Shown here: one piece after another, positions 49,126-61,790 of the stretch
Layout: each line of letters opens with the position of its first letter
Numbering within the stretch: position 1 is the first letter of the stretch
From: Lama glama
Lineage: Eukaryota
Direction: 5' to 3'
DNA: 64,000 nt
Assembly (NCBI GenBank): GCA_028534125.1
Contig: CM052818.1
Location: forward strand, 14,384,001-14,448,000
Made by a program: the position numbers and the translations under genes
The notes under the pieces: generated by a model
What the model was told of the DNA's origin: nothing
What the model saw: only the letters and a program-made list of their open reading frames with translations
Databases searched by the model: none

Positions 49126-51104
49126 CGAGGAAGGGAGCAAAAGAACGAAGGTGGCAAAGCTTCCAGGTATGGCAATGTCCAGGGAGGCGCTCAGCTCGGA
49201 ACAGACTGAGGAGAGAAGCCACAGATGGTTCATAATCAAAAGACTGGGCTCTTTTAAAATGTGTGTTCACATGTGTACCTCACTTCTGGCAGCCTGTGTG
49301 AGGCAGGGCTGTTTCTCTTAAAGATGAGACCACCAGGGCGCAGGGCAGGAAGGGTCCCTGCTCAGGGTCACCGAGGCAGCCGGTGGCAGTGGGGGCCACA
49401 GCTACTGTTCCCACCCCAGGGCTGCTGGGGCCGACTCCTGTGTCTGCCCGGTCCCATCAAAGTGGGCCCTTCGTAGAGAGAACTGGAGGGAGGCTAGGGA
49501 AAAATGACAGGCCTGTCTGCAATTTAATAAACACAAAATGTTGACATAACTGGCAACGAGCAAGCAGGCAAAACCTTCCCCTTAACCCCTTTTTAACTTG
49601 TTTACAACTGTAATTTAATTGATGATCTCTGGGGCACCGGACAGCTAATGATAGCAGAGGACAACTAATAATCAAGATCAAACCCACAGAGTAAGTGACA
49701 TCAACTGCCTTTTTTAGTTCCTTGTCTTCAAGTGATCTGGGAAACATCAACCCCCTTTTCACAGTGAGCAGTCATTAGAAAGATTAACTAACAAGTGAGT
49801 AATTTTAAAAATTTTGTCTTGGTGATTAAAAAAAAGGTTCTTTATCTAAGGTTCTTTCCCAAAGCTAGGACTCAGGAAGGATGCCTGTCCACAGTAAGGC
49901 AGGGGTTAAGTACAAAGATTTATCACAGCCCAAGGAATTTTAGTTTTTTGTTTATGTTGAGAAATCATTTAATGGGCTAGAGCAAAGATAGTTTTATCTC
50001 AGCTTCCTGCAGTGAACATATCAGAGAATCTGATGCACTGGAAAATAGCAAGAAGCCTGCCTGCAGCCTCCTGACCTCGAGCTGCCCTTGGGGAGCTCAA
50101 CTTCCTGTTCTATATTTATAAGAACTTTAAACTTTCACTCACATACAGCTTTCTCTCTCCAATATTTGCTCACAGTTGAGAGGTTCTAAAAAGCTCCAGC
50201 ACTACAAACAAATCCTCTTACGTTTTACAGGTTTCTCCATGTTAGAAAAAGTCTCCACAGGAGCTCACGCTAAGACAAAGCCTACACTGGAATTGTGTTA
50301 AGCAAGGGAGCTATGACCTACGGGACAGCCCCACACAGGTCAGCTCTGTGTCACCTGCAGACAGTCTTGGGTCCCACTGCAGGGATCTGCAGAGCAGGGA
50401 GGTGTGCTCCATGCAGAGCCTGGGGTGCTGGGCCCCAAGCAGCCAGCCGTGAGGAGGGCTGTGAGTATTATCTTCTGCTACCCACTTGTTCCCGGTGCAC
50501 CTTCCTCATCTAAGCTCTTCTTGCTCAGAAGCAGACACTGCAGTCTCCTAGGGAGGCCCCTGCCCCCATCTCCACAGGAGCCAAACCAGGCTCTTGCCGC
50601 CATGGGCTGAACGTCAGTCAACAAGCGTGTGTGGAGAACCTACAGCATTTCCCTTCCTTGAGAACAGAGGCTAAGAGCCTTCAGTGACTCCCTCCTGCCT
50701 GCTGAACCACATCTGAAAATGTTAACCTATCAGGCCCCCGCCTACCTCTCCAGTTGTATTTTCCCTATTACCGCTCTAAACACCATCCCCAATGAACTGC
50801 TCATCCCCAAACGCAGCCTCCTCTTTCCTGGTCCCTCTGCTCACACAAATCCCTCTGCCTAGCACGTCCTCTCCTTGAGAACATGTTTATTAAATTATAC
50901 TCATCTTGCAAGGCCTTTTAACATGTAATCTTTTACACAAATTCTCAGGTAACTCCCACACCAAAATTAAGCTCCTCTTCCTGAAAGAATCTCCAAAGCA
51001 CGCTCACTGCACAAATAAAACTAACACAAAGCAGATTTTATACTTAGCCCTCAGCACTAGAGATGCCCAACCAAAGTCCCACCTCCCACCACCCGAGTCC
51101 TCAC

Positions 51105-51220
51105 CTTCGGGGTCCAACAGCTTTGTGAGGCCGAGGTGCTGCTCTGCCAGGTTGAATGCATTCTGCAGATTGTAGTGTGCGTTGGATTTCTTCAGTTTGT
51201 CAAAGTCTATCAGGTCAGGC
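51105..51220 (-). CDS. SPTBN1: Exon 7, CH2 ([10 protein letters not shown]...KLLDPE)
   Basis: 116 nt, tag| and |gtgagg. Confidence 0.97.
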
Positions 51221-51596
51221 CTATGAGAAACAAAACACAATAAAAACTGGCTTGAAAACACATCGTGTGACCAACAGGACACAATGACTGCTCCAAAGCA
51301 TCCCCTTAGCGTAGTCAAAGCCTACAGTACTATGTAATCATCAAACAAGGAAAATCGATTTTTGAATAAACACCTCAAAGTTTATTAAGAGAATCGAAGA
51401 GAATGGGCAAACTTGTTGCTTTGTTTTGGGAGAATTCACACATTCTCTTCCATTTTCCTCAAGTGGAAGGCAGGAAATTCCACCATGGTGCAACATCTAA
51501 GGCAATGGACACGAGGATCAAAAGTCACCCGGATCTGCTACAACTGGAGGTCAACATCCTCCCCCAAAACTGTTAGCGTGACTTCCAAGGACTCAC

Positions 51597-51677
51597 CGGT
51601 GTTTGTGTATCAGTGCATTGAAGGCCATGCCATCCCTCCAGCTAGTGGTGAAATTGTGAATGTTGACGTTGGGGTAC
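51597..51677 (-). CDS. SPTBN1: Exon 6, CH2 ([27 protein letters not shown])
   Basis: 81 nt, tag| and |gtgagt. Confidence 0.97.
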
Positions 51678-52907
51678 CTAACACCGACAAGGCACAAGAG
51701 AAAGGCAACGCAATTAGCAAATAAAGGTCTGTGCTTTTGTGAAATGCAGTGTTTTTTTTAAAAGTCTGTAAGCAGTGTGAAAACATAAGGCAGTGAATAT
51801 CAATAAGGACAATCAAGTCCAAGCGAATATTGCCTCAACTTCCACTTGCTGTGAAATAAAAATAAAATACACACCCACGTGGCTTTTCTTCGCTTGGCAA
51901 TTCAGTCTGAGAAAAGATGTGAACTGTGTCCTCGACTGGAAACACCACCCTTACTAAGAAAAAAGCGACCACAACCTAAGTGCCTCTGAGGCCTCCCTGC
52001 TTCACTGGCTTTCCTTGCCCCCGAGAGAGGTACCACAACCCTGAAGTCACCAAGACCCAAGTTCACCCAGCACTTCGGGAGAGGAAATGGCTGGGATGAC
52101 CTGTTCAAACACCCAGCTTTCTTTCTTCCCCATATCACTGAGCTGGATGGGGTTTTGTAAATCAAGTAGCTTCCCAAAAGACCTCCCTATGTTTGAAACT
52201 TACCTCTCCCTTATCAATCAGCTACTCTGCACAACACTGACTGAATAATTTTCTATCTGTGGTTAATTAAAAGTTCATTCCTAACTTGATCCTCTTATTA
52301 AGCCTGACAACTCTTTATTTTCCATAGTTATCACTGACTGATCCTATTCCCTGCAGTTACATCTATCCTCCAAGAAGTCCTGACACTACCTTCTAATTAC
52401 CCTGGTACTAAACCAGTTCTCAATAAGTACCTATGAGCTTGGACAGTTTCAGTGAGCAATAAATAAGATGCAGTCCTCTAAAAAAATCATTTCACTGAAA
52501 TTTCAATGAAAGACTAAAAGAAAGGGAAACTGAGATAATGTGTAAAGATAACCCTGAAGTTTACTGCACAAAGCTTCCCAAAGTAACAGAAATTAGAGAG
52601 ACAAGAAAACCCACAACTTTTACAAATGTCATGGACGTGATTCTTAAACATGGTTTCAGGGTTTTAAAATTCAAGATAAACTGCTCTCCAGGGCTTCCCT
52701 AATAAACAGAGGGAAACTGAGCAGATGACAGGTCCCCAGTATACATCAGAACTCCTTCCGTTCTGAGAACTAGCTGAAATGTTAGTATATCAACAGCTTT
52801 CAAGTTAACAAGACGGCTCATTGGAAGCAGTGAAAAGGATACTAGTCAACGCCTTGTTAAGTGATGACCATGGCAGAACCTGGTCCTGGGAGAAGCAGCC
52901 CCAGGCC

Positions 52908-53047
52908 NNNNNNNNNNNNNNNNNNNNNNNNNNNNNNNNNNNNNNNNNNNNNNNNNNNNNNNNNNNNNNNNNNNNNNNNNNNNNNNNNNNNNNNNNNNNN
53001 NNNNNNNNNNNNNNNNNNNNNNNNNNNNNNNNNNNNNNNNNNNNNNN
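52908..53047 (-). CDS. SPTBN1: Exon 5 (IQDISVETED...QMKTAG) inferred inside N-run; boundaries unknown
   Basis: A 92-nt phase 0 to phase 2 exon is needed between exons 4 and 6. It is absent from readable sequence, and the only gap in that interval is this 140-nt N-run. Confidence 0.7.
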
Positions 53048-53518
53048 ACGGGTCAGCTTCCTAACGAAAGCCACAGAAGACCAGGTCTGCGTATACATAA
53101 AGAGTAAACTTTAGATCAACACCCAGCCCTGCAGACCGGCGACTCTGAGGGTCAGACGAAAACTGGTCTCTGAAGCCAGGGTTCACCTCTTAGAAACACC
53201 AACAGAACTCGGTTTTCTACTCTGCACAGGGAGAAGAGTGAAGACTAGTTATCTGCATGACTTCCCAGAAACAATCAGGGGTCACTTCTACCCCCAGCAT
53301 AACCCACCTTTCTAACTACAAGCTAGCATGGTGGTTCACATGGTAGACCTTGAACCTCATTGGACTCCAGAAAAATACTAGGTTTGGTTTTTCATAACCA
53401 AAGATTTTTCACACCAGGGAGAGCGAGTCCTTTGTGGATGACGAGAGTGTGTGCATCATTCCCTGAAAATGGATCCAAACTCTGAAAGCGCGCACTTAAA
53501 TTCTGTTTACGTGGTCTG

Positions 53519-53849
53519 TGCTATGTGGTCTGAGTGGATGTACCCCCCACAAGTTCTTATGTTGAAATCCTAACCCCCAAAGGCAATGGCATTAAGAGTT
53601 GGGGCCTCTGCCGAAGTGCTTAAGTCATGAGAGTGAAACCATCACAAATGGGATCCTCGCCTTATAAAAGAGGCTCCAGAGAGAGCCCCAGCACCTTCCA
53701 CCTGGCGATGACATGATGAGAAGTCTGCAAGCCACCTGACCATGCTGGTCTCAGACCCACAGCCTCCAGAACTGTGAGAGGCAGATTCTGTTGTCTGTAA
53801 GCCACCCAGCTTGTGGTTCTTTGTTAAGTGGCCTGAACGGCCCATGGCA
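53519..53849 (+). mobile_element. MLT1A-like ERVL-MaLR solo LTR
   Basis: tatgttgaaatcctaaccccc, ccttataaaagagg, cagcctccagaactgtgaga, taagccacccag motifs. Confidence 0.85.
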
Positions 53850-55143
53850 GTCTGCATCCATAAGCTACTCACAGGCTGCTCCTCTTCAACATCACGCAGA
53901 GCCTGGTCCACTGGAACCAAAGTCAGGCTTCCTGCTCTGAATCCAGGCTCTCCACTGACTGTGCGTCCTTGGGCCAGCTCCCTGGGGTCCCCTCTGAGGA
54001 GTGGCTATCTAACAGGGCTGCTGGGCCCTGGAATTCTTGGGGAGGACACCCGAACAGGTGGGCTCTTTGGATCACGGGCTGCCTACCAGTCACACAATTT
54101 TAGACAAATGCTCTAAATCACCTTTTGCCTTTAGTTCCTTGATTATAATAACAAGATATGGGGTGGGATGTGGAGGAAACAGTGTTGGCCTAGAAGGCCA
54201 TCCATCCATCCTCTTTCAGCACTAACCAATTCAAGCTTCCCTGTCCTAGCCCCCATCAAAGGTCTTACCATTTAATCTAGAAACACAACCCAGGATTCTT
54301 TTTGAAGAAAGAAATAGGAAGAGGATAAAAATAAATAAATGTAAGATTAAAAATCAGAAACTTTCAAGTAGGAATAACACCTAGAAATTGGAATAATTAT
54401 ACTTCTAAAAAAATTCTCCACTTTTAACTGTAGTAAGTAACTCAAGTCAACTATGAGTTTGTGTAAGCTCCAAACTCCAAAGGGTGAATGTGCAAGAATG
54501 ATTCTCCCTAGAGGGGTGAGACATGGACTCACCGGGCAAGGCAGTGGAATTTTACACACTAACTCCTTGCCTTTGTATGAAGGGACTGTGCTTCCAGACT
54601 TGTTCATTTATAAACAAAGTCTACCCTTCTGAAATGAACATAGTTCCCTATGTGGACTAGGCAAACTTGAACACTTTCATTCACAGTTTCTCACACCAGC
54701 TTTTACTCTCTCTTGCAGGGAAAGAAGCATAAAACCCATCCGCCATCATTGGTATTCCAAGGACACCTGCTACACCCATCAGGGCAAGCTATGTCTTGGA
54801 GGCTCTGGGGACACACACACGCTGGAAACATAAGACAAGGCTATACGTTCAGGAGCTGGGGGAAGAGAGATCTTTGTCAACACTTGGGGAAGCTTTATAG
54901 GGGAGGCAGAATGTGCACTGGCCCTTGACTGGTGCAGAGTCAATGTGTCTGTGGAGCAGGGGATGATATGACAAAGCCTCTGGGGGTGGAGGGGAGTGGG
55001 GAGAGCGTCGTGCCAGACACCAATCCTGCCGGCCATGCAGTAACATCACCAGCCTGTGTTTCTTGCCTCAAAGGAAAGGGAGAAAGTACTTATCAGCATT
55101 TACAGGTTCAAGCACAGAAAAAGGCAAGCTGGCAGGAAGCTAA

Positions 55144-55158
55144 TGAGTCAATGACTCA
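55144..55158. promoter_or_regulatory. Paired AP-1 sites TGAGTCA-A-TGACTCA
   Basis: Two consensus TRE heptamers as a perfect inverted repeat; function untested. Confidence 0.45.
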
Positions 55159-56733
55159 ACCCAATTCATGCTGAGAATCCTGGAAAGGGCAGTGTGTGCC
55201 AGCTCCCCAGTCCCCATGGGCACCAACCCGCTGTCAAGAGAGGCCACGCTCTGATTACTACAGGCCTCAGGCAAGGGAAACAGAACTTTTTACTCTACAG
55301 AATGGATATGAGGCTCAAGGAGGGTCCTGCTCATTTCACCTCTGCTGGCCTAAGGCCCGAGAACAATAATTAGTGAATTTAATGGTATTCACTCCATTTT
55401 CAAATCTTTCAGGAACTAAATGACATAAGCCTACATAAGCGTTCTGTTTGCAAAATAAAGCCGTTGATTGTTGCAATTAACTCCATTAATGATGTCATCT
55501 TCAACGGTGGTTCCCGTCTCAGACCCACTTAATTAGAAGTGCTGGGGCTGGGACGGGGAACCTGAATTAGCAGAAAGCTTTCCCAAAAAGACAGATGATC
55601 ATTCAAGGCTTAGGAACTACCCATTGGGGGAGTGTCTTTGTTCAGTCCCATCCCTCCACCCACACAGACCACTGAACTACAGCCAGATCCGATCCTGAGG
55701 GAAGTGAGAAGGAAAGCGATTGGTTAGAGGTTGAATACAAAGGGAGCTATAATTTGATTTCTGTTTTTGCCCTTTTTGGTGAGATTTTTATTTATCCAGA
55801 TAAATCAATCAGACTTCATCAAAGGGGCCTAACAGGAAGGAAAGGCACAGAAAACACAGCCACCGAGGAGACAGGACTGCTAGGGCTCTTGTTTATAGAG
55901 TAACCTGATGCGACAGTAAGAAGTCTGTCTTGCATTTCAGATTTTAACTGAAAAGCAAGAGCATGAAGCAATATCCTGGAGAAAGAGCCAGTAATCAGGC
56001 CGATGGTACTTCAGAGACAAGAAAGGCTGAGCTCTCTCCTGTGGGGTCAGAAGCAGGCACAGCAGCCCAGCCTGGCCGTGCGATCCCTGGCAAGGCTCCT
56101 CCCTTTCCTCACAAAGTGAAGGAACTGCACAAAATGACCTTGAGAGAGTACCTTCTGGCTTAGAGTATTTCTAGACTTAGAACCTAGTATAACAAACCCA
56201 TAAAATCGTCATCAATTCAAAAGAGCATAAGGCTTTTGCACATTCCCCCCATTCTCCCTGAAAACTGCTTCCTCACATCCAAAGGAGAATGAGAAGGTGA
56301 AAACGGAGCCCACACATGTGTCATAATTCTAAACAGCTTCTCCTAAAAAAATATTCTATGATGCATGCCACAATCTGGTGAATCTCAGACGTTCTAGAGG
56401 TAGTGGCTCTGCCACATCCTTATACCCCTGCACCTGGAAGATGAGCAGCAGACACCAGACATTCAGAGTAGGTACCGATGATGTGATGAGCTGGGACACA
56501 ACCCAGAAACCACTTTAAAAGAGTGCAGATTTTCAGGAGCTAGCAAGACTGAAGGAGGATATGGTGGCTGCCACATGCCCAGAGGGCCATCAAATGTGAT
56601 ACACAGTGCCGCATGCCTGACTCGGAGATGCCATTTCAACCTGGTCTTCCTGTCCCTCTGAGATGGGGAGCCAGATTCACAAGGATGCTCGTAGCTGGGA
56701 GGAAGGCAGACGTGCCAGGGCCATGTCCCTTAC

Positions 56734-56907
56734 CTGAAAGCGCAGGATGATGGTCCAGATGAGGCCAAGGGTCAGCCGATGGTTCCCATCCACGATGTCA
56801 TGGGATCCCATGTTCTCAAGATGGACTCTCTGCTCCTTCAGGAACTGAAGGGCCTTGTCCACATTTTCCAGACAGTGGATGCGCATTCGTCCCTTGGTAG
56901 GTTTAGG
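56734..56907 (-). CDS. SPTBN1: Exon 4, CH1 domain ([12 protein letters not shown]...IILRFQ)
   Basis: 174 nt, tag| acceptor, |gtaagg donor, 58 codons. Confidence 0.97.
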
Positions 56908-57659
56908 CTAGAAACGAATGAGCAAAGGTAGAAACAGGTCATCTGGCAGGGCAGAGACAGGCTCAGAGCTGCTGCCCAGAGCTCACACGTGCCAGTTCAT
57001 GCAGCACTCTCCTGCCCCCACCAAAACAGCAAAACCCTGTGCTTCTTCAGTCCGAGGACAGTATTTATCTAACAGCCTTGGGAGAGAGAAGTTTACTTAG
57101 GGGGTGACAACTGATCACTCTTTGGAGGTTTGTTTAGTTGTAGAAGCCACACAATTTATAACGAGTACAGAAGCTGGAAGTTTAGAGAAAAAGGAACCCA
57201 GTTTTTATAAAGAATTTCAGAAGCTACTGTGGCCATCCACATAATTTTTTGCAGATGCGTGGCAAAACACAGAGGAGTTTCTGGCTCCTTTAAACGTGAA
57301 AACAGGTTTGCCACCAACTGGTTTGTGTCGTTTCCTAAAGTTGGCTCAAAATGAAAAGGGGGACACACCGCCAAACCAGAAGCATTCCAACTGGGGTCTT
57401 CATGAGGAAGATGGGGAGGGGGCTGAGTAAAAGGGTATGACTTACTGAACAGAAAGGATACAGGAAAAAAAATATGAGGGTAGTCTACTTTCAATATCCC
57501 AAATGTCTGTTCCTTTTATTCAGTTAAGCCGAAATCCAAAAAAGGCCCTTTGAAGGTGAACACTTTAAATAAACAAAGCAAACGATAAAGAGATATATAT
57601 ATTCACACACACACGAAATTTTCAATGGGTCTGTATCGTCTCCTGTGTCAAGAGCAAGC

Positions 57660-58150
57660 TCAGGGCTCTCCCGCTGGCTCCATCTTTCCTAGCCCCTCTG
57701 TCACCCATCACTGCCCTCTAGCAGAGGCTGCGTCTCAGGCTGATCTCACTCTTCCTCACAGCTGCCACCAGGCTGGACACATCCTGCTGGCCAGAAGATG
57801 TGCTCGGCCTGGCTGCTGCCCTACCTCCTGGGCCACCACCACACCCCACTCATCTTCCGATGTTTGGTTCAAAGCTCATCTTTCCTTCTAGGAGTCACTC
57901 CCAACCATTCTCAACCACTCCAGCTCTCTCAAGTCTCCCTCCTCCCAAGACCTGTATATTCATGGTCTGGACCACAGAGTTCAGGAACTACTCATGTATC
58001 TTACATTTTTGCTATTATTTCATATGTACCGTTCTTAGTAATTCCAACTAGACTACTGGCTTCTTGAGAGCAGGGGTGATACTTTATAATTCTGTTATAT
58101 TCTCAGTGGCCTCTGGTTTGGTTCAGAGCACAAAGCCTACATAGAGTGAA
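57660..58150 (+). mobile_element. L2 fragment (diverged)
   Basis: actagactactggcttcttgagagcagggg resembles the L2 3' region. Confidence 0.45.
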
Positions 58151-58291
58151 CCGAATACCCACAGATGGACAGGGCAGTGTGTGCTCTGAGCTGGTGTCCC
58201 CCAGGAGAGGCAGCCAGGTGTGCAGCGACCTGAGCACACGCAGGTGAGGGCGCGGCTGGTCCCACGGTAACATCTTGCCTGTTTCCCACTC

Positions 58292-58343
58292 TCCCCTCTG
58301 TAGGTGAGATCCTCTGGTCCCCTCTGTAGGTGAGATCCTCTGG
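58292..58343 (+). repeat. Perfect 26-bp tandem duplication (tcccctctgtaggtgagatcctctgg)x2
   Basis: Direct reading. Confidence 0.95.
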
Positions 58344-60559
58344 TACATGCTAGATGGAAAACATCTGCAGAGAAGACGACTCGGGTAGCAAGTGGCCACT
58401 CTAAGTACCAAGCTTCAGAGCACATTATTTTTCTCTCTTGACTTTCTCTTCTCCTACAAAAAAGGACTAGCAGGCACAGAAGAATGTGCTTCGACTGAGG
58501 AAGTAAGACTCAAACAGAGGCCTTACCACAAGTCGCAGGTTCTATTTTCAAATAACAGCAGTGGAAAAAGAAATCTCTGAAAGTCAGGCTCTTCATACTA
58601 GTTGGCCCTGCGTATGTATCCACGGCAGGTCCCAGAACCAAACCCCTTGGATATCCATCCAGGGAAGTCTGTATTATGGGAGTTTTGCTTACAATCTCCC
58701 CACCAGTAAATAAGACATTCTCTCTCAGAAACTCCACAACTAATACATTTCAGGTATATCAGAAATGCTAGGATTTGTTATTCACGTTAAGTCAAGTGAT
58801 AACATTTACATCAAAATCAAGCAATTCAGCGTGATAAGAAAAAGATTAGCTATGAAAAAGAAAGGGGGTGGGACACCATCTAAAATTTCAGGGAGCGTCC
58901 AGCAACCTCCCCCGGGCACCCTGTACCGGGTGTCACCATGCTCCTTCCTCAGAGGAAGAGACACCTCTGTGAGGTAGGGGTGCCTGCGCTCCCTCGGGGA
59001 GGCAGTTGCTGCCTCTGCGTCTGATTTTCATGTGTGAGTTTTCAGTTCTGATTTTCTCTGGATCAGCAGTCATTTCTCAAGGTGACAAAGTGATAACTCA
59101 CAGTGGTCCCTTGTTTTTCTCATGTCCTGGGGGCTTCTGGACTGAATGAGGTTCCTGCTAAACCTCAATTCAAAGGTGAGTGACGGGGATTAACTGCCTG
59201 CAGGAGGTGCAGGCTTTCTGGTCCCCAGGCTTCTGACATTTCTCGCTGCTGTTCCACATCTCTCTAAGGCTGGAGCCCCTGACTGGAGAGACTGGGGCTG
59301 AAACACCCTGTGCCCGGCAGTACATGCCGGGATGGGAGGACGGCAGTGATGCTCTCCCCAGCCTACCTCTGCGAGGCCAGAGGAGGTTATCTCCTACCTG
59401 AGCGTGAGAGGACAGTGCAGATGGCATTAGAATGGATGAAGGGAACTCAAGTATCAGGACCCACAAAACGGAGGCTGCCCCAGCGGCCCAGCCCATGTCA
59501 CAAAGCTCAGTCAGCCTGCACGGAAGGAAAACCCCAGGCAAGGAGACCGACCACCACTCACTGCAACTTTTCACCCAGCTCGGCCAGCTCACCGCACTCT
59601 GGAAAACAAGGCCCGCGCCCCCTAAGCTGGTCCCCTCCCCGGTCCCCTGCTGCCTCTCTTAACCTCTGTAAAACCCGCTCTGGCCCAGAATCCCTCAGGA
59701 AGAGTGCCCCACCGCCTGTGAGCTGCAATCCCCCACCCGTGGACTGTGTTCCCTTGAATAAAGGACAGCAAACTCTACTAAATTGTTTCAGTCCTGTCGT
59801 TTGACCTGAGCAGGAAGAGAACAAAGAACAGGCTGGGCTGGGGGGCTGTAGGGAGCTTCCCAGGCTCCAGCAGGCACAACCATTGCTCTTTCACACTTTC
59901 TCTTGAAAACCTCTATCTCAAATACACAGGAGACAGCTTAAGCCTCTGTTCTCTCTCTGCGAAACTCCAGTGGCTCATGTGTTGGTTTCCACATGAATAT
60001 AGGGTGCAGTGGTGTGGGAAGGGGAGGGCTGTGGGAGGGTCCAAACCTTTCCTGCAGGGTGGGAAAGTCTAATGCCACATGGCAGGGACCCCATGCAGGT
60101 GCTGACTGGTCATACCAGGTGGGAGCTATGGGTGGTTCACTCCAGACCTAGATGCAACTCAAGTCCCCTCAAGCACCAGCCATCAGACACCAGTGCATGG
60201 AACACAGAGGAAGGAACTATATTAAAAATGGCAGAGAAACCTCTCCAGGTAAATGATCAGACTCCTTCAAATGGTTAAAAAACAAACCTCACCAATTTCC
60301 AAAAGTCAGAGGAAATGGAAAACTTCCAGGAGATCCTCTCACTCTGCTTTGTTTTTCTGCAATTCTCCTAAAAATCAAACTGAGATTTGGGGGAGGGATG
60401 ACACTCTGCTCTTCTTCCGCTAAAGTTCCCTTTTCTTTTTAATTTTCCTACTGCTCCTGGCCTTGATAACTTTTAAAACATCAAACATGAGCAAACCAAG
60501 TCTACGCATATGTTACTGCTGGGCAATTTTGGCACAGAAGATGATACTGGTGTTAAAAT

Positions 60560-60725
60560 GTCCACATTTAAGTTACAACTTCCCTTCTTTCTAGCAAATC
60601 AGTGCCTACTTCTCAACTGTTCAATCTATAAAAGGGGGATAAAATCAATAATTATCTCAAAGGGCTGCTGCATAAATTGTAAACTAATCATTATGATATT
60701 CTTAAGCCCAAAGTGTCTCTACCAA
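60560..60725 (+). mobile_element. MIR SINE (diverged)
   Basis: aatctataaaagggggataaaatc...atctcaaagggctgctg. Confidence 0.55.
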
Positions 60726-61614
60726 TGAGGGCAATCTTACTTGGGCTTCAAATTGTTAAAAATACTCCTCTCTGGAGACAATGGGAAATGTTCAGGGTCT
60801 GGACAGAACTCTTCCTCTGAGGACCAGAAAAGTTGATATACGTCAACTGAAAGGCAAATTTAAAGCCAGAGGAGAATGTTACTTAAAATAGTGGTGACAA
60901 TATTACTCTTCTAATCCTGACACCCCTAAATTGAACTCTGGACAGGAATGAAAAGAAAAGGTGGTAGAGAAAATGCATGACTGGTTGGTGTCTGGAGTGG
61001 GGGAGATGGGATGAGGGAGGGAGGCAGGATGTGAAAATACCCAAACCTCAACCCTTGGGGCTTCTATACATAGTAAGAACTCTCTAATTCCAAGCTCACT
61101 AGAAAACAAGTCAGGAAAGATTTACCGAGATATTTTAAATATTACTACTACTGTTGTGCAGCTAGTAATTAAAACTAGGCTCACTGTTGTGCAGCGAAGT
61201 TGCTTTATCGCCTCGCTATACCTCACTTCTTGTTTTTCAAACACTTTCCCACGTTTCATCTTATTGAAGCTCCCTCATTTTCAGTGGCACATGAACCCCC
61301 TTTAAACCAAAAGAATAAACCAGATATGGCAAGGTCAGACGATGTACTGGTGGCACAACGTGAGGGGTGAGAATCAAGACTGAAGCTCAAGAATACCAGC
61401 TCCCAAAACTTGTGCTGCATCAGCTTCAGAGACGGCTTCTACAATGTCCTCAGGAATGAAACCTGGGCAAGTTTACGGAGCAATCGTTACAGGGAATTAA
61501 TTTTAAGAAGTGTTAACGATCGCACCGAGCTGTACATCAAAACATGCAGGGTCATATAAACGGCAGAGCTCCCAAGACCTAGAAATTCTTAGCTGTGCAA
61601 CCATGTTAACCTCT

Positions 61615-61790
61615 CTGTTAGGTGGTTTACATCTGTTATCACATTTCACTGTTGCAGTAACACTGTACAGTAATAATAATAGTTACTCTTGTTATTTTAC
61701 AGATGAGGACACACCGGTTCAGAGATGAGGGGTCCGCATGGCTGGGGGGGCGTGTGCTGAGCTCGGATCCCGGAGTGTGTGCTCGTCCTG
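61615..61790 (-). mobile_element. MIR SINE
   Basis: ttattttacagatgaggacac...ggttcagaga core. Confidence 0.7.
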
